A stretch of 64,000 nt of DNA from Rhynchopus sp. YZ270_cl-10 (lineage: Eukaryota), in contig OZ037835.1 in NCBI GenBank assembly GCA_964035575.1, positions 868,001-932,000 on the forward strand. The letters run 5' to 3'. Position numbers and translations under genes: made by a program. Shown here piece after piece: positions 1 through 11,407 of this stretch (positions are counted from its first letter, which is position 1; each line of letters opens with the position of its first letter). A model generated the notes under the pieces. The model was given only the letters and a program-made list of their open reading frames with translations. It did not search any database and was not told the origin of the DNA.

Positions 1-3000
1 CGCTCAGGTCCTCCCCACTCACAGGGATGCGTGCACGTGCCAGCAGTGCTGCTGCATTCGACCCAGCTGTCACAGCACCCTCACCACCAACACCTTCACC
101 TGCACCTCCACCTGAACTGCCACGTGTCGCCTTCACAGCCGCAAGCAGTTCTGTGCAGGCACGTTCGTACAGCACACTGTCTCCACACACCAGTGCCGCA
201 AAGAACCCAAGCACACGCTGCGAGTCCTTGCTGAAGCTCCGCTGCACCAGCGTCCCCAGTGTCCCTGCTGGGTCACGTGCAAGCCGCCGTGCTGCAAGGT
301 GCTCCCCAAGCGACTTGTGCCGGAACGTGAACGCACTCCGCTCCTCCCCAAAGTCCTCAATCCGGAACGGCAGGCAGCGGAAGCACGCATCCCGCACAGC
401 CGCACACACACCGTGCTGCGAATCAAGAATCTGCGACGCCACACCCACAGTCCCCTGCCACTCGTTTGTCTCCAGCATCCTGCATGCAACAAGCTCCCCT
501 GCACGCACCACATCCTCCAAAGACACATCCGAAACAGCAACAGCAACAGCAACTCCACCAGACGCCATCTCCTTCTTCGTCCACGTCTCCAGGTAGGCCT
601 CGTAGATCACCTCCTCAGAAGCCTTCCCGCTGCACTGTGCGTGGCACGCCATGTGCAGCACAAACGGGTTCCGCAGCTGCACAAGTCCCTCAACGTCCTC
701 CTCACGCACGAAGACTGTGCGCTCTCCATCCTTCTCCTTCTCCTTCTCCTTCCCCTCTTTGTGTTCCTTCTCCCAGGCTGTGTTTGCACGCTCGATGTAC
801 GTTCTCGCATCCACCTCTGTGAACGGCTGCATGTACACAGCACGCACACCAGCACCACACACACCAGACGGAGACGTGTCCACACCCTTCAGGTACTCAC
901 CACGCACAGTCACAACAACGCTGCAGTGTGCCTCCACCCACGGATGCCGGCACAGAAGGCCACCCTCAGCCACCACAGCACCCACATCCTCCTGCGTCAG
1001 CCCCACCTCGTCCAGCGAGTCCAGCACCAGCACCACCTCGTACGTCTCCGCAAGGTACGCACGGTCCGCCTCCCGCAGCGCAAACGACTCCAGCACAAAC
1101 CTGTCCAGCCCTCCCTTCTCAAGCAGGTGCTGCTTCACAGTCGGCAGCGCCACAAACACAGGGAAGTACGGCTTCGCATCCGCATCCGCAGTCACGTCAC
1201 TCACCACGCTGTTTCTGTTCCTGTTCGTGTCTTCGCTGTCGGTGCTTTCGCTCTTCCTCGCAGACGTTGCAAGGTCGCTCAGAATTGCAATCGAAGCAGA
1301 CGTCTTCCCACTCCCTCCTTCTCCGATCACACACAGCACACCACACGTCCCTTGTCTTTCTTCTCTCGCATCCACATCAGGCTTGCGCTCTGTGCCCGCT
1401 GCTGCCTGTGTGCACACGGAAGACATCTGCTTCCCAACTCCACGTACACGTGCACGAAGCCACCTCCGCACCTCCTCCATCAGCGGACGTGTCTCCGACT
1501 CATCCACACGTGCGTCGTCCCCCACACGCCCCTCCACGTACTGCGCAAGGTAGTCCTTGAAGAACGCGACTGTGTGTCCCATCACCTCCTGCAGCGCACC
1601 CACCTGCTCAGCCGCACTCGTCTCCCCCACATTTACTCCCACACCAGCACACACCTCCTGCATCACAATCACGTCAAAGCGCAGCCCCATCATCCGCAGC
1701 AACGTCGGCGAAAGCTTCCACTGCACCCGGTACTCGATGTTCGCTGTGTACAGCAGCTCGTCCTCCGAAGCATACACAGACGAGAACTTCACGTCTGCAG
1801 CACCCTCCTTCGCCACCACCACAAAGAACGTCCCACCCTTCCCGTACATGAAGCTCCGAGCCACATCCCGCTTCAGTGTTGTCGACGTGAAGCAGTTCCA
1901 CACAATGTGCGTATTAAGAGCGTACTTCGCAGACACGTTCACATTGATCCCACGGAACACAGTCCGCAGCTGCTTCCGACGGCTCCCAATCAGCCGGTCC
2001 AGACCACGGATCAGCGGCGCAAAGGTCGCAATCACGTGCAGCTGCGGGGGTGCGGGTGACAGCTCAAACACGTTCGGTGCTGTCTTCCCAGGTGTCCCCT
2101 TCCACTCCTTCACTGCAGCCAGCTGACCCACAGCACGCATCGCAGTGTTCATCGTCATGTACAGCGCAAGCGACTGTGACTTCACATCAGCAGCACTCCC
2201 GTGGTTGTCCAGCACAGCCCGCTCCGTCAGTCTGATGTACCGCAGCTTCCCGTCAGGCCCTTTTGCAATCTGCGGTGTCCCGTCCTCGTCACACACAACA
2301 TCCCCGCCGCTGTCCAGCACATACTCCACACAGTCAGACGTGAACAGGAACCCCGACAGCAGCAGCTCAAACGGGTCGCGTGCCGCCATCCAGTCCTCCA
2401 CCTCCACGTGCCCACCACGTGTCCCCGCAGCCTCCCTCCGTCCTCTCATGTCCTCCAGCAGACGCTTGCACACCACACGGAACCCGGCCTCCATGTGCCG
2501 CACGTGTTCGTCCGTGTAGCCCAACGGCGGATCCACCTTTGGCAGACCGCGCAGCCAGCACAGCAGGTCTTCACCTCCATTGCTGTTCTTGTTCTTGTTG
2601 CTGTCGTCTGTTTTCCGCAGCCACTCCACCTTCCGTCCGTCTGTGTGCCGCAGTGCACCCGTGTCCCCGTCAAGATCGTCCTCTCCCAGCTGTCTGTCTC
2701 CAGTCGAGGTGCTCGTGTCTTTCGCCATGTCCATGTGAGGGTCAGTGAGAGGTGCTGTCGTTGCATCTCCACTGCTCTGTTCCACCCCCACACCTTTTCT
2801 TGCTGTTGTTGTTCTGGCGACACCGTCAGTGAGGTACACCTGCGCAGCATCTTCCACCTCCACAAGGATCTCTGCTGCATGCACCCCCAGCTCCGCCTCA
2901 AGTCGCCCCCGCACATCCGCGTCCCTGTGCTGCAGTGCGTACCACAGCGGCACCTTCCCGTCCCTGTCACGCACGTTCCCTGCCCCGTTCAAAACAAGAA

Positions 3001-3148
3001 ACCGCACTGCCTCCACGTCCCCCGCAAGCACGGCACTGTGCAGCATTGTCCTCCCGTCCACGCTGTCCACTGCGTCCACGGGCCTCTCCTTCCCAGTAAT
3101 TCCTTTTGCAATCTCGTCCTTTTCAGGCTTCGATGCTCCGGATCCCAT
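1..3148 (-). CDS. NLR-like ANK-ART-NACHT(-pentapeptide-WD40) protein, paralog 1; its 3' part runs off the window start
   Basis: Near-identical to 8287-11407. ATG at 3148 (MGSGASKPEKDE) is preceded by a pyrimidine tract and AG. All five indels I found versus paralog 2 are multiples of 3 (30, 21, 6, 6, 6 nt). It is missing from the ORF track because no stop lies inside the window. Confidence 0.9.
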   Translation of the reverse strand, partial: MGSGASKPEKDEIAKGITGKERPVDAVDSVDGRTMLHSAVLAGDVEAVRFLVLNGAGNVRDRDGKVPLWYALQHRDADVRGRLEAELGVHAAEILVEVEDAAQVYLTDGVARTTTARKGVGVEQSSGDATTAPLTDPHMDMAKDTSTSTGDRQLGEDDLDGDTGALRHTDGRKVEWLRKTDDSNKNKNSNGGEDLLCWLRGLPKVDPPLGYTDEHVRHMEAGFRVVCKRLLEDMRGRREAAGTRGGHVEVEDWMAARDPFELLLSGFLFTSDCVEYVLDSGGDVVCDEDGTPQIAKGPDGKLRYIRLTERAVLDNHGSAADVKSQSLALYMTMNTAMRAVGQLAAVKEWKGTPGKTAPNVFELSPAPPQLHVIATFAPLIRGLDRLIGSRRKQLRTVFRGINVNVSAKYALNTHIVWNCFTSTTLKRDVARSFMYGKGGTFFVVVAKEGAADVKFSSVYASEDELLYTANIEYRVQWKLSPTLLRMMGLRFDVIVMQEVCAGVGVNVGETSAAEQVGALQEVMGHTVAFFKDYLAQYVEGRVGDDARVDESETRPLMEEVRRWLRARVRGVGKQMSSVCTQAAAGTERKPDVDAREERQGTCGVLCVIGEGGSGKTSASIAILSDLATSARKSESTDSEDTNRNRNSVVSDVTADADAKPYFPVFVALPTVKQHLLEKGGLDRFVLESFALREADRAYLAETYEVVLVLDSLDEVGLTQEDVGAVVAEGGLLCRHPWVEAHCSVVVTVRGEYLKGVDTSPSGVCGAGVRAVYMQPFTEVDARTYIERANTAWEKEHKEGKEKEKEKDGERTVFVREEDVEGLVQLRNPFVLHMACHAQCSGKASEEVIYEAYLETWTKKEMASGGVAVAVAVSDVSLEDVVRAGELVACRMLETNEWQGTVGVASQILDSQHGVCAAVRDACFRCLPFRIEDFGEERSAFTFRHKSLGEHLAARRLARDPAGTLGTLVQRSFSKDSQRVLGFFAALVCGDSVLYERACTELLAAVKATRGSSGGGAGEGVGGEGAVTAGSNAAALLARARIPVSGEDLS

Positions 3149-3664
3149 CTTCCTGAAAGAAAATGTAAGATGTGTGTTTGTTCACAGACTTGGTGTGTTG
3201 TCCCTGTGTGTGTGTTGTGCGAATACGAAGAAGGAGAAGAAGCAGAATTATTAAGAAAACCCAATTGTGAGGGAAATCCCCATGTATTGTGAGGACAAAA
3301 AAATGCAACCTTACCGGAGCTGCAAAAAGCTTCCACTTTTACCCCACCACAGGCTGGGATTGCTCCGGAGATGCATGAGCTCACACACCTCTGCTGGGTG
3401 ACAGGGGAGGGAAGAAAGTAAACGTTGATAGCCTGCATTTGTTTTCTTTCTCTTTCAACAGGACTGAAAAACATTTGTAAGACAAGACTCGGGTGGGGAA
3501 CACTGTAAAGTGCCCTTTTGCACCGTAGGGTAGTGAAGCGTCGTGAGGGTGCTGATGATAAGACTGAGGGTCATGGGGTGATCTGAAGCCTCTCACATTG
3601 GCAGGTGGGGGAGGTGAAGGGGCTCGTCACCATCATCACTGGAGGGATGGACACCCACACCCCC

Positions 3665-5565
3665 CTAGCCAAGATTCACTGGGATTTGCTCCCGCAGGTC
3701 GTCAAGCCTGCGCCACGGGTCTTCCTCAGGGGGCTCGCTTAGGTACGATGTGTCTGTGGGGCCTTGGGCAGCAGCACTGTCGGCACTGACCATCTGTGCG
3801 TACGACATCCATGAAGCGGTCTGTGGGGAGAGTGGTAAATGTAGAGTTGTGTTCCACCTGACATTGCTTTGTTCAGGGTTGTATGAAAAGCACATTCGAA
3901 ACCGAGAAAGGGTAGCAAAATTGAGACAGCTCACATGACGAGCACAAGACACCCTCTTTGGAGCGCCAACATGACATCCACACATGAACAACACAATGCA
4001 TGCCGCATACCACCGGGTCGACATCTGCCCGCCCAGCAGGAGCCTCCTCCTCTGCAGGTACTGCGTCGTGGCCCTCATCAGCAGCACAGCACTCCACAGC
4101 AGTGAACTCCGCTCGGTGCCCCTTCGCGAACCACTCAGCAAGCAGCGTGCGGGTCTGGCGCTCAAGGCTCTCTGCAAGCTCCGCTTTGCAGCCACGCTCC
4201 TGCAAAGAAAAAGAGAAAAAGTTTGGGAGATGGCCTTAACCATCTCGCGATTTTCGGCGGGGGAGAAAAAAACACCGGTACCCTGTATTTTCACGAAATC
4301 TTTCCCCCCTCATATTTTAAGTGTCATGCATAAAAAGCACATACCTGCGGCTTAATACTCTCCACCGCTGACCAGGGGTTGTAATCTGTTGGACTTTCAC
4401 CACGGGCGTCCTGCACATTCCAGTGTACACTGTCGATGAGTGCACTGTGCAGCCTCTGCGCAACAAGCGTCTGCTCCGCCACGAGCGCTGCCCGCCCCGA
4501 GGCCTCTTGCTGCACGGCGGCACGCCAGCCCTGCTGCGCACCCCAGCTGCGTTCGACGCCGGCCCACCCCTCCGCCTCCTCCTCCACAACAAAGCGCCGC
4601 ATGCCCGCCTCACGCCACTCCAGCCGCCCCTCTTCCGCCACCCCCTCCAGCAGCCCCGCTATATGCCCCACCACCACAACACCATCCGGCGAAGCAAGCA
4701 GCGCGCCCCTCTCCGCTACCTCCTCCACCTCTACCTCCACACGACCACGTGCCTCAACGTTGCACGCCCTCCACAGAAGCAGGGAGGTGCACCTTGCCAC
4801 CTCCTGCATGAAGTCCGACCGCAGGACGTCCCTCTCGCAGGACTCCTCGAAGATGTATTCTGTGTCGCGCGACAACCGTTCCTCCTCGCACAGTGCACTG
4901 CGCTGCGCTGCTTCAAAACGAATCCTCCCCTCCGCACGCTCCCTTGCGATATGCCCATCCGTCTCTGCAATTCTACAGAGACTTTCAAAAGAGGCATCTC
5001 TCTCCTGCACAATAAACCCTCTCTTCTCTCGCTGATGTTGCTCAACAAGCATACTATTTCCTTCAACAATACCAACCGTACATACTTCGCTAAGATACAA
5101 ACAACGAAGGTTCAGCTGCAAAGCAGAACGACTTTCCTCTCCTACGACCATGCACCGTGCGGTCTCCTCCTCCGTAAAGATGTGTGTAGTGGCCCTAGAG
5201 ACCTTCCGTCGAACGACACTTTCCACATCGCTTGGTTCACGAACACACACGATGTAGGAGTGGCTATTGAAGTGTGTCTGCATGAAGCACCAGGCCACGT
5301 CCTCCTCAAGCAGCGTCTCCTTGCGTGCGGTGGTCTCACGACGTGACAGAAGGGTGTGCTGGCGGGCGTGCAGGTCTTGAACGATAGGGCACACCGCTGC
5401 GTCGTTGAAGGCAAGCATTGCCTCGTGGCGGTGCTGGCGCCGTGGGTTGGGACGGTCAACAGAGTTGTCTTCCTCTGCAGATACCATATGGTTTACTGGA
5501 GCAGCGCATGGTATATGAGGGCACCCTGTTTCGGTTTGACCCGCTTCCTTCGCTTGATCTGTCAT
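3665..5565 (-). CDS. E/R-rich putative coiled-coil protein, 3 exons (5565-4345, 4199-4011, 3820-3665; ~521 aa), function unknown
   Basis: Two phase-0 GT-AG introns (CAG|GTATGT...TTTGCAG|GAG and GTG|GTATGC...CCCACAG|ACC) join three track ORFs in frame. Confidence 0.65.
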
Positions 5566-6220
5566 GTCTAATATCTGAGAGAAACCACTCCTCCGCTATG
5601 TCAAAAGTTACACAGAATTAGTAGTTTCAACGAGCGAGATGACAAATGAATGCAGGGTTGAACTAGAGAGGGGAAGGGGGAAGGGGAAGGGGTGCGTGTA
5701 GGGGGGTGATGTGCAAAAAGGAATAAAAAAAAGGGGGGGAAAGGGGGAAAAAAGGCAGTAATTATGAGTGGAGGGAGGGAGTGTGTGGTGTTCTTGGGGG
5801 GGGGTGTGTGCGTGTGGTGTAGCGGTGGAGAGGGGGTGAAATAAAGTGGGGTGATTTCGGGTCGTTTTATTTTCAAGAAAATTCACAAAAATTCACAAAG
5901 CGTTCAAATTATTGCGCATCAACTCGACGTTTGGATAAAGAAAAAACAGAGACGAAAGGGGGTGTTTGGGGGAAGAGTTTAATTCTTGAACGCATCCCCA
6001 CACTCAGTCACACATATTATTAGCCAGTCATCAAAACAGACAACATTGCACTGAAACTCTCAATCGTTCAACACAAAAATATGGAAGGTGTGTGGAATTC
6101 CAGTGGGAGTGGCATGAGGGCACCACCGCACGAGGCAGTGTCAACACCATTCGTGCTCGTCACTCAGACTGCAATCCTCTTGGAAAAGAGGCAAACACAA
6201 AGAGCCGAACAGTGCGCTTA

Positions 6221-9200
6221 CTACTCGACATCACAAAGAATCCGTCTCGCAAGTTCAGGTTCCACAGCATCAGCATTGCGACAGCCTAATGCACGAGGAA
6301 CTGTTGAAGGAACACCGACCACCCTCTTCATCCGCAAACCATCAATCGTCCCGTCTTCCCCAGTGCAGATGCTCAACACACGCACAGTGTTGTCATAGTT
6401 ACTACAAATCACTTCGCGTCCATGGGGGCTCACAGCAAATCTGGACAAAACACCATATACCCTGATCGCTGCCACCTTCTCACCAGTGGTCATGCTCCAC
6501 ACAATCACACTGTCCGTACTCGACACCACGTGAGCTCCATCAGATGTCAGTGCCACTCCGAACACGGGGTTATCATGCTCCAAGGTGAAGACCTCCTTCC
6601 CGCTGGCAACATCCCACACACGCACAGTCTCGTCGTCAGAGCATGAAACAAGACGGCCTCCATCGGGAGTCATAGCCACATCCAAGACATCAGAAGTATG
6701 TCCTTTGAACACCATCGTCTCTTCTCCAGTGTGAAGTTTCGACATGTGTACGGTGCCGTCAGAATAGTACGAAACCACATGCACTCCATCAGGAGTCACT
6801 ACCGCACTTGCTGAACGGCACGTAGTTCTTGCATATGCTGACACCTTCTTCCCAGTCGGCATGCTCCACACATACGTATAGTAAGTGTCTTCCTCCTGTG
6901 AAGACTCTGAACAGGTCACCACGTGAGATACATCGGGAGACAATGCCAAAGAATGCAGTCTTCCACACTGTTTCAAGAACACCGCAAACTCACTGGAGGC
7001 TGTACACAAAGGCTGCACTTTCCCCGTCGAAACGTCCCACACACGCGCTCTCCTTTCGCCAGCGTCGTCGCAAGAGCAATAAACTACATGAGATCGATCT
7101 GGGGACACAGCAGCAGCATCATCATGGTTAGTTATTCCTGCTTCAACTACCTGTGTCTGCCTGCCGGTGGATGCGTTCCAGATGGAGTTCCTCTTGTCAC
7201 CATACGAAATGATAGATCCATCAGGGGCCACTGCCACAAACCGGCCTGACAGTCCTTCGAAACCTGGTGTCTCCTTCCCGGTCGTCATGTTCCACACTCG
7301 AACAGCACAGTCGTCTACGGAGCATGAAACCACGTGGCATCCATCTGGTGTTACTGCCACTGCATTCACATCATTGGTATGCCCTTGCAACACCGTCACC
7401 TCCTTCCCAGTCGAAATGCTCCAAACGTGTACATTTCCGCTCATGGATCCAGCAACCACGTGACATCCATCGGGAGTGACTGCCACTGCTGACAACTCAG
7501 CATCGGCATGGAACACCATCACTTCTGCCCCAGTCGAGAGGTTCCAAAGATGTGCGTCATCAAAGCACGAAACAACATGGCATCCATCGGGAGTGACTGC
7601 TAGTGCATGCGAAGACTTCACACAACAAGGCCACTGCCTCTCCTGCTTCCCCTTCACCAGATCCCATACGCACAGCTCTTCCTCGGAGCATGTCACTATT
7701 TTCCTTCCATCCTTCGTAATAACCATGCTGTAAATGCCAGGCGACTCCACTGCCAGCATTTCCATCCCCGTCGAGAGATCCCACACACGGATGCCGTCTT
7801 CAGGAGAAGATGAAACAACTTTAGAACTGTCGGGAGTGACTGCCACAGCGAACGCCTCGTGGCCTTCCAAGACATACACTTCATCCCCAGTGTGCAGATC
7901 CCACACACGCACAGTTTTGTCATTGCAGCACGAAACTACGCAGTTTCCGTCAGGTGTTACTGCCACTCCATAAACGTCCTTCTTCGAACATCCTCTATCT
8001 CTCAAGACCACCACTTCTTTCCCAGAAGACATGCTCCACACATGTACTCTGCCGCTGACTCCAGCTGCTACTATATGTTTGCCATCAGGTGTCACTGACA
8101 CATCAAAGGCTTCCTGCTGCAGTACAGGAAGTGGTGTGCCAAGTGCGCAGTCAGGCAGCATCGTGCCACCCATGTCGCAGGTGTGGAACTCAGTGTGCTC
8201 CAGCCAGCAGTTCGAGAAGGAAGCGCCCGTCATCACCGTCTCCACAAACAGAGACCCGCGCAGGTCGCAGTTCGACACACGGATCCCGCTCAGGTCCTCC
8301 CCACTCACAGGGATGCGTGCACGTGCCAGCAGTGCTGCTGCATTCGACCCTGCTGTCACAATACCCTCCCCACCACCATCTTCACCTGCACCTGAACTGC
8401 CACGTGTCGCCTTCACAGCCGCAAGCAGTTCTGTGCAGGCACGTTCGTACAGCACACTGTCTCCACACACCAGTGCCGCAAAGAACCCAAGCACACGCTG
8501 CGAATCCTTGCTGAAGCTCCGCTGCACCAGCGTCCCCAGTGTCCCTGCTGGGTCACGTGCAAGCCGCCGTGCTGCAAGGTGCTCCCCAAGCGACTTGTGC
8601 CGGAACGTGAACGCACTCCGCTCCTCCCCAAAGTCCTCAATCCGGAACGGCAGACACCGGAAGCACGCATCCCGCACAGCCTCACACACACCGTGCTGCG
8701 AATCAAGAATCTGCGACGCCACACCCACAGTCCCCTGCCACTCGTTTGTCTCCAGCATCCTGCATGCAACAAGCTCCCCTGCACGCACCACATCCTCCAA
8801 AGACACATCCGAAACAGCAACAGCAACAGCAACTCCACCAGACGCCATCTCCTTCTTCGTCCACGTCTCCAGGTAGGCCTCGTAGATCACCTCCTCAGAA
8901 GCCTTCCCGCTGCACTGTGCGTGGCACGCCATGTGCAGCACAAACGGGTTCCGCAGCTGCACAAGTCCCTCAACGTCCTCCTCACGCACGAAGACTGTGC
9001 GCTCTCCATCCTTCTCCTTCTCCTTCTCTTCTTTGTGTTCCTTCTCCCAGGCTGTGTTTGCACGCTCGATGTACGTTCTCGCATCCACCTCTGTGAACGG
9101 CTGCATGTACACAGCACGCACACCAGCCCCACACACACCAGACGGAGACGTGTCCACACCCTTCAGGTACTCACCACGCACAGTCACAACAACGCTGCAG

Positions 9201-11407
9201 TGTGCCTCCACCCACGGATGCCGGCACAGAAGGCCACCCTCAGCCACCACAGCACCCACATCCTCCTGCGTCAGCCCCACCTCATCCAGCGAGTCCAGCA
9301 CCAGCACCACCTCGTACGTCTCCGCAAGGTACGAACGGTCCGCCTCCCGCAGCGCAAACGACTCCAGCACAAACCTGTCCAGCCCTCCCTTCTCAAGCAG
9401 GTGCTGCTTCACAGTCGGCAGTGCCACAAACACAGGGAAGTACGGCTTCGCATCCGCATCCGCAGTCACGTCACTCACCACGCTGTTCCTGTTCCTGTTC
9501 GTGTCTTCGCTGTCGGTGCTTTCGCTCTTCCTCGCAGACGTTGCAAGGTCGCTCAGAATTGCAATCGAAGCAGACGTCTTCCCGCTCCCTCCTTCTCCGA
9601 TCACACACAGCACACCACACCTCCCTTGTCTTTCTTCTCTCGCATCCACATCAGGCTTGCGCTCTGTGCCCGCTGCTGCCTGTGTGCACACGGAAGACGT
9701 CGGCCTCCTACGTACACGTGCATGAAGCCACCTCCGCACCTCCTCCATCAGCGGACGTGTCTCCGACTCATCCACACGTGTGTCATCCCCCACACGCCCC
9801 TCCACGTACTGCGCAAGGTAGTCCTTGAAGAACGCGACTGTGTGTCCCATCACCTCCTGCAGCGCACCCACCTGCTCAGCCGCACTCGTCTCCCCCACAT
9901 TAACTCCCACACCACCACCACCCTCACCCACACCAGCACACACCTCCTGCATCACAATCACGTCAAAGCGCAGCCCCATCATCCGCAGCAACGTCGGCGA
10001 AAGCTTCCACTGCACCCGGTACTCGATGTTCGCTGTGTACAGCAGCTCGTCCTCCGAAGCATACACAGACGAGAACTTCACGTCTGCAGCACCCTCCTTC
10101 GCCACCACCACAAAGAACGTCCCACCCTTCCCGTACATGAAACTCCGAGCCACATCCCGCTTCAGTGTTGTCGACGTGAAGCAGTTCCACACAATGTGCG
10201 TATTTAGAGCGTACTTCGCAGACACGTTCACATTGATCCCGCGGAACACAGTCCGCAGCTGCTTCCGACGGCTCCCAATCAGCCGGTCCAGACCACGGAT
10301 CAGCGGCGCAAAGGTCGCAATCACGTGCAGCTGCGGGGGTGCGGGTGACAGCTCAAACACGTTCGGTGCTGTCTTCTCAGGTGTCCCCTTCCACTCCTTC
10401 ACCGCAGCCAGCTGCCCCACAGCACGCATCGCAGTGTTCATCGTCATGTACAGCGCAAGCGACTGTGATTCCACATCAGCAGCACTCCCGTGGTTGTCCA
10501 GCACAGCCCGCTCCGTCAGTTTGATGTACCGCAGCTTCCCGTCAGGCCCTTTCACAATCTGCGGTGTCCCGTCCTCGTCACACACAACATCCCCGCCGCT
10601 GTCCAGCACATACTCCACACAGTCAGACGTGAACAGGAACCCCGACAGCAGCAGCTCAAACGGGTCGCGTGCCGCCATCCAGTCCTCCACCTCCACGTGC
10701 CCACCACGTGTCCCCGCAGCCCCCCTCCGTCCTCTCATGTCCTCCAGCAGACGCTTGCACACCACACGGAACCCCGCCTCCATGTGCCGCACGTGTTCGT
10801 CTGTGTAGCCCAACGGCGGATCCACCTTTGGCAGACCACGCAGCCAGCACAGCAGGTCTTCACCTCCATTGCTGTTCTTGTTGTTGTTGCTGTCGTCTGT
10901 TTTCCGCAGCCACTCCACCTTCCGTCCGTCTGTGTGCCGCAGTGCACCCGTGTCCCCGTCAAGATCGTCCTCTCCCAGCTGTCTGTCTCCAGTCGAGGTG
11001 TTCGTGTCTTTCGCCATGTCCATGTGAGGATCAGTAAGAAGTGCTGTCGTTGCATCACCTGTTACTGTTTTTGTGGCGACACCGTCAGTGAGGTACACCT
11101 GCACAACATCCTCCACCTCCACAAGGATCTCTGCTGCATGCACCCCCAGCTCCGCCTCAAGTCGCCCCCGCACATCCGCGTCCCTGTGCTGCAGTGCGTA
11201 CCACAGCGGCACCTTCCCGTCCCTGTCACGCACGTTCCCTGCCCCGTTCAAAACAAGAAACCGCACTGCCTCCACATCCCCCGCAAGCACGGCACTGTGC
11301 AGCATTGTCCTCCCGTCCACGCTGTCCACTGCGTCCACGGGCCTCTCCTTCCCAGTAATTCCCTTTGCAATCTCGTCCTTTTCAGGCTTCGACGCTCCGG
11401 ATCCCAT
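6221..11407 (-). CDS. NLR-like STAND protein: myristoylation motif, ankyrin, mono-ADP-ribosyltransferase, NACHT, pentapeptide repeat, WD40 array (~1728 aa), paralog 2
   Basis: MGSGASK start; ANK (GRTMLHSAVLAGDVEAVRFLV); ART motifs VFRG / FTSTT / SEDELL (~10010-10460); Walker A GEGGSGKT (~9575-9598); Walker B VLVLDSLDE (~9281-9305); pentapeptide-like DLSGIRVSNCDLRGSLF..MTGASFSNCWL (~8160-8300); a dozen or more WD40-like repeats AVTPDG..VVSCS.D..VRVW (~6330-8130). Confidence 0.93.
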   Translation of the reverse strand: MGSGASKPEKDEIAKGITGKERPVDAVDSVDGRTMLHSAVLAGDVEAVRFLVLNGAGNVRDRDGKVPLWYALQHRDADVRGRLEAELGVHAAEILVEVEDVVQVYLTDGVATKTVTGDATTALLTDPHMDMAKDTNTSTGDRQLGEDDLDGDTGALRHTDGRKVEWLRKTDDSNNNKNSNGGEDLLCWLRGLPKVDPPLGYTDEHVRHMEAGFRVVCKRLLEDMRGRRGAAGTRGGHVEVEDWMAARDPFELLLSGFLFTSDCVEYVLDSGGDVVCDEDGTPQIVKGPDGKLRYIKLTERAVLDNHGSAADVESQSLALYMTMNTAMRAVGQLAAVKEWKGTPEKTAPNVFELSPAPPQLHVIATFAPLIRGLDRLIGSRRKQLRTVFRGINVNVSAKYALNTHIVWNCFTSTTLKRDVARSFMYGKGGTFFVVVAKEGAADVKFSSVYASEDELLYTANIEYRVQWKLSPTLLRMMGLRFDVIVMQEVCAGVGEGGGGVGVNVGETSAAEQVGALQEVMGHTVAFFKDYLAQYVEGRVGDDTRVDESETRPLMEEVRRWLHARVRRRPTSSVCTQAAAGTERKPDVDAREERQGRCGVLCVIGEGGSGKTSASIAILSDLATSARKSESTDSEDTNRNRNSVVSDVTADADAKPYFPVFVALPTVKQHLLEKGGLDRFVLESFALREADRSYLAETYEVVLVLDSLDEVGLTQEDVGAVVAEGGLLCRHPWVEAHCSVVVTVRGEYLKGVDTSPSGVCGAGVRAVYMQPFTEVDARTYIERANTAWEKEHKEEKEKEKDGERTVFVREEDVEGLVQLRNPFVLHMACHAQCSGKASEEVIYEAYLETWTKKEMASGGVAVAVAVSDVSLEDVVRAGELVACRMLETNEWQGTVGVASQILDSQHGVCEAVRDACFRCLPFRIEDFGEERSAFTFRHKSLGEHLAARRLARDPAGTLGTLVQRSFSKDSQRVLGFFAALVCGDSVLYERACTELLAAVKATRGSSGAGEDGGGEGIVTAGSNAAALLARARIPVSGEDLSGIRVSNCDLRGSLFVETVMTGASFSNCWLEHTEFHTCDMGGTMLPDCALGTPLPVLQQEAFDVSVTPDGKHIVAAGVSGRVHVWSMSSGKEVVVLRDRGCSKKDVYGVAVTPDGNCVVSCCNDKTVRVWDLHTGDEVYVLEGHEAFAVAVTPDSSKVVSSSPEDGIRVWDLSTGMEMLAVESPGIYSMVITKDGRKIVTCSEEELCVWDLVKGKQERQWPCCVKSSHALAVTPDGCHVVSCFDDAHLWNLSTGAEVMVFHADAELSAVAVTPDGCHVVAGSMSGNVHVWSISTGKEVTVLQGHTNDVNAVAVTPDGCHVVSCSVDDCAVRVWNMTTGKETPGFEGLSGRFVAVAPDGSIISYGDKRNSIWNASTGRQTQVVEAGITNHDDAAAVSPDRSHVVYCSCDDAGERRARVWDVSTGKVQPLCTASSEFAVFLKQCGRLHSLALSPDVSHVVTCSESSQEEDTYYTYVWSMPTGKKVSAYARTTCRSASAVVTPDGVHVVSYYSDGTVHMSKLHTGEETMVFKGHTSDVLDVAMTPDGGRLVSCSDDETVRVWDVASGKEVFTLEHDNPVFGVALTSDGAHVVSSTDSVIVWSMTTGEKVAAIRVYGVLSRFAVSPHGREVICSNYDNTVRVLSICTGEDGTIDGLRMKRVVGVPSTVPRALGCRNADAVEPELARRILCDVE

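Noticed and set aside
3149..3380. Possible upstream coding exon of NLR paralog 1 (GTAAGG donor at ~3314, in frame)
   Set aside because: Absent from paralog 2 and would mask the myristoylation motif. More likely a 5' UTR intron or chance.
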